DNA from: a virus
Taxonomy: Duplodnaviria; Caudoviricetes
Virus record (IMG/VR): IMGVR_UViG_3300032236_000753
Span: 1 to 58,415 of that record
Reading direction: 5' to 3' (one strand)
Length of the DNA stretch: 58,415 bases
This document shows positions 19,522 through 28,319 of the stretch, piece after piece. The position numbers and the translations under genes are program-made. The notes under the pieces are model-generated. The model was not told where the DNA came from. It saw only the letters and a program-made list of their open reading frames with translations, and made no database searches. Every line of letters begins with the position of its first letter. The stretch's first letter is position 1.

Positions 19522-20598
19522 ATGACCACGACATACACGGTAAACAAGGATCTTGCGCTTCCCGGAACCGGCGATGACGTTGGGACATGGGGTCCAGTGG
19601 TCAATGGTAACTTCTCCATCATTGACTCGGCGTTCGGTGGTACGTTTACCGTGTCACTTTCAAACACAAACGTCACGCTGACCCAAGCGAACGTAGAAGC
19701 TGTTCGCATTCGCTTGACTGGAACCGTAACTGCATCTTTGCAAGTTATTTTTCCTTCGGGGATTTCTGGGTTTTATATCGTTCAGAATGCGACTACTCAG
19801 GGCAGTAATGTCATCACCCTATCCAGCGCAGGTGGTGGAACTTCTGTGACCGCAACGGCTGGTGCAGCCACGTTTATCTTCTCGGATGGCACCAATATCA
19901 TTTATGCGAGCCCTACGACAGTTACGGCTGGAACCGGGATTTCGGTTGTCGGCTCAACGGTTAGCTTGTCCACCCCGGTATCTGTCGCAAATGGCGGCAC
20001 GGGGCAATCTACTTACACCAATGGCCAGCTTCTTATTGGAAATAGCACCACTGGCGGGCTTACTCCGGCTACATTGACAGCGGGCACCAATATCTCAATT
20101 GCCAACACGGCGGGCAATATCGTCATTAGTGCCGGTGCAACAGGTGGCACAACCACTTACACTGGCTTGCAGACTTATCTTGGATCCGTGAACAATCTAG
20201 CAGCTTTGCTTACCAACGCAGGTGAAGTCGTCACGATACTCGCGTCGGCACCATCTAGCCCAGTTTCGTTTAACATAACCAATCAATCGGTTGGTTACGT
20301 CACGGCAAATGCCACAGGTAATTGGACTCTAGCGATTACAGCGTCATCGACAACGACACTCAATTCAATCATGAGTGTTGGGCAAAGCGTGACCATTGCT
20401 TACTTGGCCCAGTGCGGAACAACGGCATATTACAATAATGCCGTAACCATTGATGGCACTTCGGTCACGCCAGTATGGCAGGGTGGGGCTCCAACTGCGG
20501 GCTATGCGTCTTCTTTGAACGCATATACCTACACAATTATCAAAACGTCTACTACGCCGACTTGGACAGTGCTGGCGTCGCTAACACAATTTACGTAA
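19522..20598 (+). CDS. Tail fibre/needle-like virion protein
   Basis: Thr/Ser/Gly-rich, with a V-x-NGGTG fibre motif; C-terminal domain paralogous to the 58117/1-283 protein. Confidence 0.7.
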   Translation: MTTTYTVNKDLALPGTGDDVGTWGPVVNGNFSIIDSAFGGTFTVSLSNTNVTLTQANVEAVRIRLTGTVTASLQVIFPSGISGFYIVQNATTQGSNVITLSSAGGGTSVTATAGAATFIFSDGTNIIYASPTTVTAGTGISVVGSTVSLSTPVSVANGGTGQSTYTNGQLLIGNSTTGGLTPATLTAGTNISIANTAGNIVISAGATGGTTTYTGLQTYLGSVNNLAALLTNAGEVVTILASAPSSPVSFNITNQSVGYVTANATGNWTLAITASSTTTLNSIMSVGQSVTIAYLAQCGTTAYYNNAVTIDGTSVTPVWQGGAPTAGYASSLNAYTYTIIKTSTTPTWTVLASLTQFT

Positions 20599-21070
20599 CC
20601 GCTTCTTCCTGTTTTTTCTTAGACTTCACCGTATTTGGCACATAACATAGTTTATGGTGTTGCTCGCAGCACCAACGATATGTTTTGACTTTCCCGCAAA
20701 ATAACGCTTCTTTGCCGCTTGGCTGGTCGATGACATATCTACAATGCCAATGCTCTAGATCAATTAATTTAACATATGTCGAAGTTTCTGTTTGTTCTTG
20801 TGATGGTAATTCCGCCACAGGTTCAAACACAAATTTCAATTGATTTTGCGTAGGTTTGCTTTTTGGCGCTTGCTTGACCATTGGCAACTCCTGCGGGGGC
20901 GCAAGGTTAACTTCTTTGGGTGCTTTCTGTCGTAAAGTTACGCCTTTTTCCCTTAATCGGAAAATCATCCCCATGACCGCGCCACGGGTTATTCCCAATT
21001 CCTTGGCAATTTGATTGGAAGAAAAACCTTTCTCCCATAGCTGAACAATTTTTTGATTTCTTTCGCTCAT
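20591..21070 (-). CDS. gcrA: GcrA cell-cycle regulator homologue
   Basis: N-terminal HTH (LWEKGFSSNQIAKELGITRGAVMGMIFRL) and C-terminal LIDL-x-x-x-HCRY...FCG...CEQH motif. Confidence 0.85.
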   Translation of the reverse strand: MSERNQKIVQLWEKGFSSNQIAKELGITRGAVMGMIFRLREKGVTLRQKAPKEVNLAPPQELPMVKQAPKSKPTQNQLKFVFEPVAELPSQEQTETSTYVKLIDLEHWHCRYVIDQPSGKEALFCGKVKTYRWCCEQHHKLCYVPNTVKSKKKQEEAVT

Positions 21071-21073
21071 TTT

Positions 21074-21403
21074 CTACCTATATTTTGTCTCAGTATATCC
21101 GCGATATGTGTCGTATTGATTCGACCTATCTTCATATTTTTGAACTTTACCAACATGTTGCATGTTGATAATTACATCATCGCGTGTTTCCCAAACCATT
21201 TTCCCATTTTCATCACGTTTAGTAGTTTTGTACATTTGGGTGACGACAATGTAATCATCCTGATCCATGATTTGCTTCAACGCTGCCAAAGTAGGAGCGG
21301 AATGCTCGCCGATCACTTGATGAACAAGTTTGCTCCAGCGCCCACTGTCGTCTATCGACCCCTGTGACGACGGCATATTCAACGTGAACAAAAACTTAGT
21401 CAT
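21074..21403 (-). CDS. Hypothetical protein
   Basis: ORF in the tightly packed minus-strand operon. Confidence 0.65.
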   Translation of the reverse strand: MTKFLFTLNMPSSQGSIDDSGRWSKLVHQVIGEHSAPTLAALKQIMDQDDYIVVTQMYKTTKRDENGKMVWETRDDVIINMQHVGKVQKYEDRSNQYDTYRGYTETKYR

Positions 21404-21751
21404 TTATTTTGTCCTTTGCACAATTGTGCCATCCATTTTCCGTTTCAAGCCGGAATTTCTTCCAAATGGCATTGCAGCCGTTTTTGGTTTTACACCTAAA
21501 TGTTTGGCGCGTATACGTTTTACCTTTGCTATCAACGGCATATCCACTTTTGCAGTATGCCGCCGATGGCAAGACCGATGTGCCACGAGCCAATTACTAG
21601 AATCGTCTTTCCCGCCAGCCTCAAGAGGGATCTCATGACTGACATCCCACTCTTGGCCAGCGTCAACGCGCATTTGGCACATATGGCATATGCCTTTATG
21701 GCGTTCAAAAATTTCGATCCTCATTTTGGTGGATATACGCACCCTCTGCAT
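21404..21751 (-). CDS. HNH endonuclease-like protein
   Basis: CHMC, W-x-V-x-H-x-IPL-x-x-GG-x-D-x-x-x-N and HRSCH motifs. Confidence 0.75.
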   Translation of the reverse strand: MQRVRISTKMRIEIFERHKGICHMCQMRVDAGQEWDVSHEIPLEAGGKDDSSNWLVAHRSCHRRHTAKVDMPLIAKVKRIRAKHLGVKPKTAAMPFGRNSGLKRKMDGTIVQRTK

Positions 21752-22029
21752 TAATGCACCACGCCGTCATGAGGTTTCCCCAAATCACCGACTGTTCGAG
21801 ACATCGCAATTATATTAGCGCAAATTAATGCGGTATTTTCTTTAAATTCAACTTCATCGTTTGAAATACTTCTAACAAAAGATACAGACAATTCCGCTAA
21901 AATTATAAAAATATCTTCAATAGTCATTTTGATTGACTCGCTACGTAATCCAAGAAGCATTACAATTTCTTTGCAGATTTCTGCTTGAACTTTAGCAGTA
22001 AACTTTTTCTTTCTAGGATTCTTTTTCAT
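21751..22029 (-). CDS. Hypothetical protein
   Basis: Coupled ORF, AT-rich. Confidence 0.6.
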   Translation of the reverse strand: MKKNPRKKKFTAKVQAEICKEIVMLLGLRSESIKMTIEDIFIILAELSVSFVRSISNDEVEFKENTALICANIIAMSRTVGDLGKPHDGVVH

Positions 22030-22349
22030 AGCTTCATCTCCGCTCTGCGAGTTGCTTCATGTGATTGCCATTCATGAAATTTCATGCGGATATATTCCAT
22101 CTGAACTTTCAATAAACTGGCTTGCTCTCTTGCTTTAACCATTGATGTTATATGTTCACTCCAAGCAGACGATCCTTTGACCAACATTTCTGCTTTGCTA
22201 ACAGCCATATCGCCAAGGGAAAGCATCTGCTTGGATAAGAACGCAGATTTTGTTTCTTCTAAAAGATTAGCCGCTGCGTCGGCATCGACCCACTTTTTCG
22301 CAACAATGCGAAATTGCTCACTTAATGGAAGATCATTATCTGCGCTCAT
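22026..22349 (-). CDS. Helical hypothetical protein in the recombination module
   Basis: All-helical sequence ending EATRRAEMKL; adjacent to the SSB and exonuclease genes. Confidence 0.65.
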   Translation of the reverse strand: MSADNDLPLSEQFRIVAKKWVDADAAANLLEETKSAFLSKQMLSLGDMAVSKAEMLVKGSSAWSEHITSMVKAREQASLLKVQMEYIRMKFHEWQSHEATRRAEMKL

Positions 22350-22361
22350 GGATGCACCCTA

Positions 22362-22619
22362 TCAAAAAGGAATACTGTCTTCTATGTCGTCACTTTTCTT
22401 ATTACCGTCTGATTGATTGTTGTGTGCCTCATATTTTACATATTCAGGCTGAATTTTCAGACTGAACCATTCGCCATAATTCCCCTGCTTAACCCACCCA
22501 GACAGATCATATATTTTCCCATCAATGTTTACTTTCCCTTTATGAGAAGGTTGATTGTCGGTTTTCCGGTATTTGTTTTGGCTAAAATTACCCTGACCAG
22601 GTTTTAGTTCATATGCCAT
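22362..22619 (-). CDS. Putative single-stranded DNA-binding protein
   Basis: Small OB-like protein with acidic C-terminal DDIEDSIPF tail. Confidence 0.7.
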   Translation of the reverse strand: MAYELKPGQGNFSQNKYRKTDNQPSHKGKVNIDGKIYDLSGWVKQGNYGEWFSLKIQPEYVKYEAHNNQSDGNKKSDDIEDSIPF

Positions 22620-22624
22620 TGCTT

Positions 22625-23239
22625 TCACTCCTTAAAAGCAGCTTCTAGATCATTCAGTTTTGCATCCAAATCTTTCAGAAAATCAATGACTTCCTTTTCC
22701 ATGGATACAATTTCAGCGTCATCGCGTTCAACGCGCTTGATGAACAACTGGATATTGTCTGGCAAACGTGGATCATACGATACAAAATCTACCCACTTCC
22801 TACCAGTACAAGCCATTTGCCACTGCATCTGTGTCTGGTACTTTTTAGGAACCGATCTTGTGATGCAAGTTTCAATATGCGTTGCGGTATTGGGGCATTT
22901 GATCTCGACCATACCATCGTCATTGATAAGCCCGTCTGGGCTACATCCAGACATATCGATAGTTGGGTGGGGAACAAAGCCTACCTGATCCACCAAAACC
23001 CCTAGTTTGGCTTCATAGGCGAGCCTAGCATGAGGCTCTTGCTCTGTTCCCCACTGCATAGCAGCGTTGATATATGAATCTGCTGGCTTGCCCGTCAGCC
23101 TTTCAACAATCAACTCTGCCATGTAATTAGCCCTAGATGCACTAGGACCAGATTTTGTCTTGGCTATCAAATCAGCCATGCGGCTGGCTGTAACCTTGCC
23201 ACAGCGAATGGCGAGCCATTCTGGTGTTCCTTGTTCCAT
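22625..23239 (-). CDS. YqaJ-like / lambda-exonuclease family recombinase nuclease
   Basis: QGTPEWLAIR-x-GKVTAS, CSPDGL, EIKCP, QMQWQM and FVSYDPR motifs. Confidence 0.92.
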   Translation of the reverse strand: MEQGTPEWLAIRCGKVTASRMADLIAKTKSGPSASRANYMAELIVERLTGKPADSYINAAMQWGTEQEPHARLAYEAKLGVLVDQVGFVPHPTIDMSGCSPDGLINDDGMVEIKCPNTATHIETCITRSVPKKYQTQMQWQMACTGRKWVDFVSYDPRLPDNIQLFIKRVERDDAEIVSMEKEVIDFLKDLDAKLNDLEAAFKE

Positions 23240-23250
23240 AGCTTTTATCC

Positions 23251-23862
23251 CTAAATATGTCCGACAGGATCTTCACTTCCAAAAGTGGCAACCTCTGCAT
23301 CTTCCGCAGCTTTCTTCAACGCGACCATCTGTGTTTCAGAAATGGTTGAGCGCACATCTTTGTTTTCACGCCACCACTTGTTAAAAGCATCCTTGCCTTT
23401 CCTAGCTGCCTCTAACGCTGAGGCATATGTGACGCGAGTGGCTTCTAAGGGCTTTTCCTGAGCCTTGGCTTGGCCAGCCACAGCGGCATTGCCATCATCG
23501 TCATCTGCAGCCAGATTCAAAATCGCAGACATACCGTAGCGCCGCGCATATGTCAGTGCAGAACCGATACCATGAGCATCCGGCTTGCCAACGGGCATCG
23601 ATAGCACCTCCGACATGAATTCGCCTGACTTATGCAAAATCATGGTTTCCACTTCAACGCGATTATCAGAGGTGCGCGGAAACTGAAGGATAGAAAGATC
23701 GTTGGTGGCAAGCGGTTCGCGGATGGCGTCACGCAGCGCATTGATGTCGGCATACTTTGATTTGAAAACAGGGTTGACGCTGCCCTTGGTCGCAGCTTCG
23801 ATTTGGCCCTGAGCCTTGGCGAGCGCCGTGGCAAGCTCGCCTATTGTTTCAGACATTTTCAT
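23251..23862 (-). CDS. erf: ERF-family single-strand annealing protein
   Basis: ALAKAQ, NP-x-FKSKYAD, GSALTYARRY and DDDGN motifs; start re-placed at ATG 23862. Confidence 0.9.
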   Translation of the reverse strand: MKMSETIGELATALAKAQGQIEAATKGSVNPVFKSKYADINALRDAIREPLATNDLSILQFPRTSDNRVEVETMILHKSGEFMSEVLSMPVGKPDAHGIGSALTYARRYGMSAILNLAADDDDGNAAVAGQAKAQEKPLEATRVTYASALEAARKGKDAFNKWWRENKDVRSTISETQMVALKKAAEDAEVATFGSEDPVGHI

Positions 23863-23909
23863 CGCTTTTCCCTTTCTTGCGTCGTTCTGACCATCACAAA
23901 ATACGCCAA

Positions 23910-23961
23910 TGTCAAAGGATGTCAAGGTGCCCTTGACATTTTTTTTGAGGGCAAGTATGAT
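23910..23961. promoter_or_regulatory. Divergent sigma70 promoters with a palindromic operator
   Basis: TTGACA(23933)-N17-TATGAT(23956) on +; TTGACA copies on - at 23910-23925; inverted repeat ATGTCAAGG-N3-CCTTGACAT (23919-23939). Confidence 0.7.
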
Positions 23962-23967
23962 TTCAAT

Positions 23968-24159
23968 ATGAAGAAGCGTAACCCCATACTTTGGAGAGTG
24001 TTTGAGCATTTTGGCAGCGCCTCTGCCTTGGCTCGCAGTCTTAACCTAACCCGAGCAGCGGTATCTGCTTGGACCCATATCCCATGGGCGCATGTTCGCA
24101 CAATAGAGCGGTTAACGGGTATTCCTAAAGAGGAGTTACGCCCAGATGTTTACCAATGA
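23968..24159 (+). CDS. Cro/YdaS-like HTH regulator
   Basis: FGSASALARSLNLTRAAVSAW...IERLTGIPKEELRPD. Confidence 0.8.
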   Translation: MKKRNPILWRVFEHFGSASALARSLNLTRAAVSAWTHIPWAHVRTIERLTGIPKEELRPDVYQ

Positions 24160-24448
24160 CATCGCCGTTAAAGACGTTTTGCGAATGTTTGATCTTGGTA
24201 TGGACACAGAAACCATTGCCAAGGTTTTGCAGGTTGAAGAACATTTGATCTACAATATCCTGGCATTTGCGAAATCGGTGGAGAAGAACTTTGGAAGTGA
24301 TGCTCAAATTGTCAAAACTTCCACCAAGCGTGAACAGCATTTGGAGGAGGGGAGTGGGAGTGACGTACCGCTCCTCCAATTACTTGAGTTGGAGGGCGTA
24401 TGTATCCGTGGAAATTCTTTTGCAGATGAGAAGCCAAAAACCGATTAA
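24146..24448 (+). CDS. Hypothetical protein (possible HTH)
   Basis: GAGGAG RBS; GMDTETIAKVL; 3' half overlaps the RusA-like gene. Confidence 0.5.
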   Translation: MFTNDIAVKDVLRMFDLGMDTETIAKVLQVEEHLIYNILAFAKSVEKNFGSDAQIVKTSTKREQHLEEGSGSDVPLLQLLELEGVCIRGNSFADEKPKTD

Positions 24449-24737
24449 CGGAAAATTTGGGCTTTATGTTGTATTTGTGAGGAAGGATAAACGTAAGCGG
24501 GATCTCGATAACTTATTCAAAGGGTTGTTGGACATTCTAACTGAGATGAAGGTCATCGAGGATGATTCGTTGATGGAGAATATCGCCGCAGAATGGGCTC
24601 CGAATGATGGGCATTTCGATTGTGCGGTGATTGTGTGGATAAACTCGATACCTGAAGCTATGGAAACAGGAGAACATGATGGAAAAGCAAAAACTCGAAA
24701 AGCTCGTAAAACTTTGCCCCGCAAATCCGACATTTGA
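24300..24737 (+). CDS. rusA: RusA-like Holliday junction resolvase
   Basis: PPSVNSIWR, RDLDNLFKGLLDIL and IEDDS motifs. Confidence 0.85.
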   Translation: MLKLSKLPPSVNSIWRRGVGVTYRSSNYLSWRAYVSVEILLQMRSQKPINGKFGLYVVFVRKDKRKRDLDNLFKGLLDILTEMKVIEDDSLMENIAAEWAPNDGHFDCAVIVWINSIPEAMETGEHDGKAKTRKARKTLPRKSDI

Positions 24738-24903
24738 TTTGTGTGCAGCCAGCCAGCCAGAGCTTTGGATTAAATGGTGCGAAGCCCGTGGCAGGCAAAA
24801 TGAGCCTAGCAATGTTTGGACAGAGATTGATGTGTACAATCACATCTGGTCCCTTTGCTATAATTATCCTGATTTGGCGAATCAATTTGGAGCCATATCA
24901 TGA
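24676..24903 (+). CDS. Hypothetical protein
   Basis: AGGAG RBS; coupled to the next gene. Confidence 0.55.
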   Translation: MMEKQKLEKLVKLCPANPTFDLCAASQPELWIKWCEARGRQNEPSNVWTEIDVYNHIWSLCYNYPDLANQFGAIS

Positions 24904-25109
24904 TGATCCAATTAAACCCCACAATTCCGCTTACCACCCCGTTGGGCAAAGCGTTATGCCATTTTTTGATTGATAATGGCGACGAGCATCATTTGCTGTG
25001 GGTGTGCATACAGGAAGATACCGGAGAAATTTGGACTTGGCCCAACACCAAAGTTCGTGGTCGAAACAATCCGACATTGGGCAGAAATATGGAGATAGGC
25101 GATGACTGA
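24900..25109 (+). CDS. Hypothetical protein
   Basis: MIQLNPTIPL-x-TPLG...TGEIWTWPN; coupled ORF. Confidence 0.65.
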   Translation: MMIQLNPTIPLTTPLGKALCHFLIDNGDEHHLLWVCIQEDTGEIWTWPNTKVRGRNNPTLGRNMEIGDD

Positions 25110-25332
25110 ATGGCAACCAATCGAAACTGCGCCAAAGGATGGGACGAGTGTTCTTCTTTATGGCATTTGGTCTGGCGAAGTTCATGGTCACGACAATGAG
25201 TATTCTATTTTACAAGCTTCTTTTTCGTTTAAAGATTGGCTTGTAGAAGGGGGTGAATATTATTGCGCATATGTTCTCAATCCCACCCATTGGATGCCGT
25301 TGCCGCCAGAACCTAAAAAGGAGAAGAAGTGA
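25102..25332 (+). CDS. DUF551-like protein
   Basis: WQPIETAPKDGT...PTHWMPLPPEP. Confidence 0.8.
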   Translation: MTEWQPIETAPKDGTSVLLYGIWSGEVHGHDNEYSILQASFSFKDWLVEGGEYYCAYVLNPTHWMPLPPEPKKEKK

Positions 25333-25457
25333 TGGAAGAACTGCTCAACTTGCTCTTGGTTCTTTGGCTTCTTTTCATGACTGTAGGTGTCTGCATCATA
25401 GCCACCTACATTGTTTGGGATGCCCTTAAATCAATCTACAGGGGAGATTTTCCATGA
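25332..25457 (+). CDS. Small membrane protein (41 aa), not in the ORF track
   Basis: AAGGAG RBS; MEELLNLLLVLWLLFMTVGVCIIATYIVW...; overlaps the next start. Confidence 0.55.
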   Translation: MEELLNLLLVLWLLFMTVGVCIIATYIVWDALKSIYRGDFP

Positions 25458-25645
25458 CTGATGATCTTGTGAAGCGGCTGCGTACCCCTAATGGGCCATT
25501 TAACTGGGAAGACGCCGTTGCAACCTACCTTGAAGCCGCCGATTGCATTGAACAGTTAGAACGCGAACTTAGGAAGCTTGAACATTGGCTTCCAGACGAT
25601 GTGTTCCAGCCTATTCTTGCAATATTGGAGGGGAAAGATGGATAG
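25454..25645 (+). CDS. Short coiled-coil protein, array member 1
   Basis: MTDDLVKRLR...AADCIEQLE...LEGKDG. Confidence 0.7.
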   Translation: MTDDLVKRLRTPNGPFNWEDAVATYLEAADCIEQLERELRKLEHWLPDDVFQPILAILEGKDG

Positions 25646-25844
25646 TTTTCTTGAAGCTTATGAAAGAGAAAACAAAATTGTTTGGGGGCGAGTTGATGAA
25701 TTGGAGGCTGAAGAAAAACGCCTTAAGGCTCGCATCGAGAAGCTGGAGGAGGCGCTGCGCGCATTGTCGGCTACTTGCGATTGTTGGGCGGCGGTGAAGG
25801 AGCGCGGAAAGGTAATAAAACTATTGGAGGGGAAAGATGAATGA
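25638..25844 (+). CDS. Short coiled-coil protein, array member 2
   Basis: ...ARIEKLEEALR...LEGKDE; start lies in the GGAGGGGAAAGATG cassette. Confidence 0.7.
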   Translation: MDSFLEAYERENKIVWGRVDELEAEEKRLKARIEKLEEALRALSATCDCWAAVKERGKVIKLLEGKDE

Positions 25845-26163
25845 TCTTGTGAAGCGGCTGCGCAGTTTGGTTGGGCAGTACATTGGTGATGCCGATATTG
25901 ACGATGAATTGCAGGGTGCCGCCGACTGCATCGAGAAGCTGGAGGCTGCTATTGTAACATATAGCAGCGCTGTAGCAGGTGCCCAAGTATGTAATGAAGA
26001 ACTAAATCGCGCACTTAATCGCGTGATTGACCGCTGGGAAATTCAAAGCGCCCGCATAGAGAAGTTAGAGGAGGCGTTGCGGGAGATTGCTGCGCTGGGT
26101 TATTGGGATGGCGACAGCGCGATGAATATCGCCCGCAAAGCACTGGAGGGGAAAGATGACTGA
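25837..26163 (+). CDS. Short coiled-coil protein, array member 3
   Basis: MNDLVKRLR...AADCIEKLEAA...ARIEKLEEALRE...IARKALEGKDD. Confidence 0.7.
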   Translation: MNDLVKRLRSLVGQYIGDADIDDELQGAADCIEKLEAAIVTYSSAVAGAQVCNEELNRALNRVIDRWEIQSARIEKLEEALREIAALGYWDGDSAMNIARKALEGKDD

Positions 26164-26416
26164 ACTGAACGAAAAGTTAGCACAAGAAGCCGCAGAATTG
26201 ATCAACGGCGGTGAGTGGCGTGATGGCAAGTGGTATTCTGAAGGCCATCGTGACGCATGGCGAAGGGCGTTGAAGCCAGCCGCCGACCGCATCGAAAAGT
26301 TGGAGGCGGCGCTGCGGGAGATAGTCGATCTGTCTAAAGGCATGTCATACCTTTTAGGGTTCACTCCCGCAGACATCGCCCGCAAAGCACTGGAAGATAA
26401 AGATAGTTTGGTTTGA
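26156..26416 (+). CDS. Short coiled-coil protein, array member 4
   Basis: ...AADRIEKLEAALRE...IARKALEDKD. Confidence 0.7.
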   Translation: MTELNEKLAQEAAELINGGEWRDGKWYSEGHRDAWRRALKPAADRIEKLEAALREIVDLSKGMSYLLGFTPADIARKALEDKDSLV

Positions 26417-26440
26417 TCGAACTTAACAAAGGGGAAAAAC

Positions 26441-26806
26441 ATGAATCACAAAGACGCACTTCTCTCTGCTGTCACTATCTTAAATGAACGTGCGGCAGAA
26501 TATGGACCAGAAGAATTGTGTTTCCAACGCATAGCCAGCCTGGCAACTATCGTTCTGAATAAGTATCTAAACGAATACGACATTGCCATGATACTGCATT
26601 GCGTTAAGCTTGGCAGATTACAGGAAAGCCGTGGCAAAGCTGATAACTATATTGATGGCATCAACTATCTTGCGTTTGGAGCGCAATTTGCTCAGACGCT
26701 GGATCCTGTAGCTACGGCTCAACAAGGCGTTGATGCGTTAGACGATGGCATCGCCAGCATCGCACAAAAATATGCGCCGTTACCTAACACAGACGAGCCG
26801 CAATAA
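26441..26806 (+). CDS. DUF6378-like protein
   Basis: ER-x-x-EYG...FQRIA...DIAMILHCVKLGR...DNYIDGINY motif. Confidence 0.7.
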   Translation: MNHKDALLSAVTILNERAAEYGPEELCFQRIASLATIVLNKYLNEYDIAMILHCVKLGRLQESRGKADNYIDGINYLAFGAQFAQTLDPVATAQQGVDALDDGIASIAQKYAPLPNTDEPQ

Positions 26807-26838
26807 AAAAACCCGCCTCGCGACGGGTCAAGTTAGCG

Positions 26839-26883
26839 TTTCGAGCTTCCCAGTTACTCAGGTAAAAACTGGGAAGCTCGAAA
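26839..26883. repeat. Perfect 17-bp inverted repeat with an 11-nt loop
   Basis: TTTCGAGCTTCCCAGTT-actcaggtaaa-AACTGGGAAGCTCGAAA, intergenic. Confidence 0.9.
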
Positions 26884-26910
26884 TCTTCTCGCAAATGCAG
26901 GGGGTCGTCA

Positions 26911-27132
26911 ATGAAAAAAGTGCCGTTGGAAGATCAAATTAACTGTCTCGAAACTGTCTACGAAAACTTATCTGAAGCCATCAACATTTTGAAAAAAATT
27001 GATTCGTTGAACCCGCAAATTTTACATAAACAAAGCCATTTGGAGGAAATACAAGCGGCGATTAACACATTGAAATGGTTAGAAAAAAACAAACAATCCG
27101 TTGTCGAGGCGCATAGGCGTATGGCTGATTGA
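26911..27132 (+). CDS. Hypothetical protein
   Basis: AGGGGG RBS; helical ORF. Confidence 0.6.
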   Translation: MKKVPLEDQINCLETVYENLSEAINILKKIDSLNPQILHKQSHLEEIQAAINTLKWLEKNKQSVVEAHRRMAD

Positions 27133-27179
27133 CATGCGCCAAAAAAGCATGTTATTTTGTCATTGCGATGGAGGTCAAA

Positions 27180-27425
27180 ATGAGAGTGAAAGAATATTTT
27201 GAGGACAAAGCGATGGAGCAAATGATGCCAACGATGACAGACAAGGAAAAGCGCACAGATGCGTTTTTCAAGCTATGTCAAAAAACCAACATGCTGAATC
27301 GGGAGATTGCTGAGTTTCTGCAAATTCCAGAACGTAGTTTGTATCGCTACTTGTCAGGGACAAGTCGTGTCCCGCCGCAACTTGTCAAACTTTTGACGCT
27401 CAAATTAGAGGGCGTTATTGACTAG
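27180..27425 (+). CDS. HTH DNA-binding protein
   Basis: NREIAEFLQIPERSLYRYLSG; GGAGG RBS; TTGACA at 27129 upstream. Confidence 0.7.
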   Translation: MRVKEYFEDKAMEQMMPTMTDKEKRTDAFFKLCQKTNMLNREIAEFLQIPERSLYRYLSGTSRVPPQLVKLLTLKLEGVID

Positions 27426-27449
27426 CTTAGGCTGGCCAGCGGGCGACTG

Positions 27450-27660
27450 CCTATATGTGATATATATATAATAACATAACGCGCACACGCACTAACTTAG
27501 TCTTATCTTCGGGTTATATATATATATAATACTAAACCCTCAGATAATCCTAAGTTAGCCAGCCTTGGCTAGCAAAGTTATATATATATATATCCCTTAA
27601 CTCAGATTACTCCCTTAGCTGCGCGGGCGCGATATAGTCCCAAACCTAGGTTAGGTTTCG
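27450..27660. other. Candidate replication origin with three (TA)n tracts
   Basis: Non-coding; (TA)5-7 at ~27461, 27515 and 27579; CTCAGAT repeat; AAACCTA-ggt-TAGGTTT palindrome; upstream of helicase and primase. Confidence 0.5.
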
Positions 27661-27819
27661 TGTAAGCGGGCGTGTAGGCAAGTGCGCGAGCGGGCACATC
27701 AGACGAACTTTCGATTAAAAATATCTGTTGGCGGGGATTAGAGCTATGCTGGAGGCGTTGCAAACGACTAAAAGTTGCGATATGTGTTTAGTCGTTGCAA
27801 ACGGCTCAGTGAGGCTTTT

Positions 27820-28299
27820 ATGGCAAAGAGGCGATTTGGACCCGAGCGGATGTTTCGGATCAGGATTAGCGGCTACTTCTGCGTGTATTGTGGAGAGATT
27901 GCAACGCAGGATGAGCATTTCCCTCCCATGTCGTATTCGCTCCACGGATATATTTTGCCAGCGTGTGCAGAATGTAATTCTTTAGCTGGAACGAATTATC
28001 CAACTGATTTTGTTAATCGAGCTAGTCGCGTAAAGGGAAGGTTGAGAAATCGCTATCAACATCAGATGGAAACTCCTGATTGGTCGCAAGAGGAAATTGA
28101 TGAATTCGGCAGAAACCTAAAAGCTGAGGTATTAAAATGGGAAAAAACGACACGAATCGCAAAAGAGCGCATTGCCTGGAATGCAATCAGCTATTTAGCC
28201 AGTATAGACCAATGCAACGATTTTGTTCAGACTTATGCAGAGGAAGATTTTTTAGAGCAAAACAGATGGAAATGGTCCGAGAAGCAAAAGAAGTACTGA
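27820..28299 (+). CDS. HNH-like Zn-binding nuclease
   Basis: CVYCG...DEHFPP...PACAECN; GAGG RBS before ATG 27820. Confidence 0.65.
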   Translation: MAKRRFGPERMFRIRISGYFCVYCGEIATQDEHFPPMSYSLHGYILPACAECNSLAGTNYPTDFVNRASRVKGRLRNRYQHQMETPDWSQEEIDEFGRNLKAEVLKWEKTTRIAKERIAWNAISYLASIDQCNDFVQTYAEEDFLEQNRWKWSEKQKKY

Positions 28300-28319
28300 A
28301 AAAAAAATGAGGAAAAGCG

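Noticed and set aside
23862-24159. Lysogeny switch
   Set aside because: A Cro-like gene and divergent promoters are present, but no CI-like repressor, integrase or partition system was recognised.
25454-26416. CRISPR-like repeat-spacer array
   Set aside because: Repeats are coding, imperfect and irregularly spaced; no cas genes.
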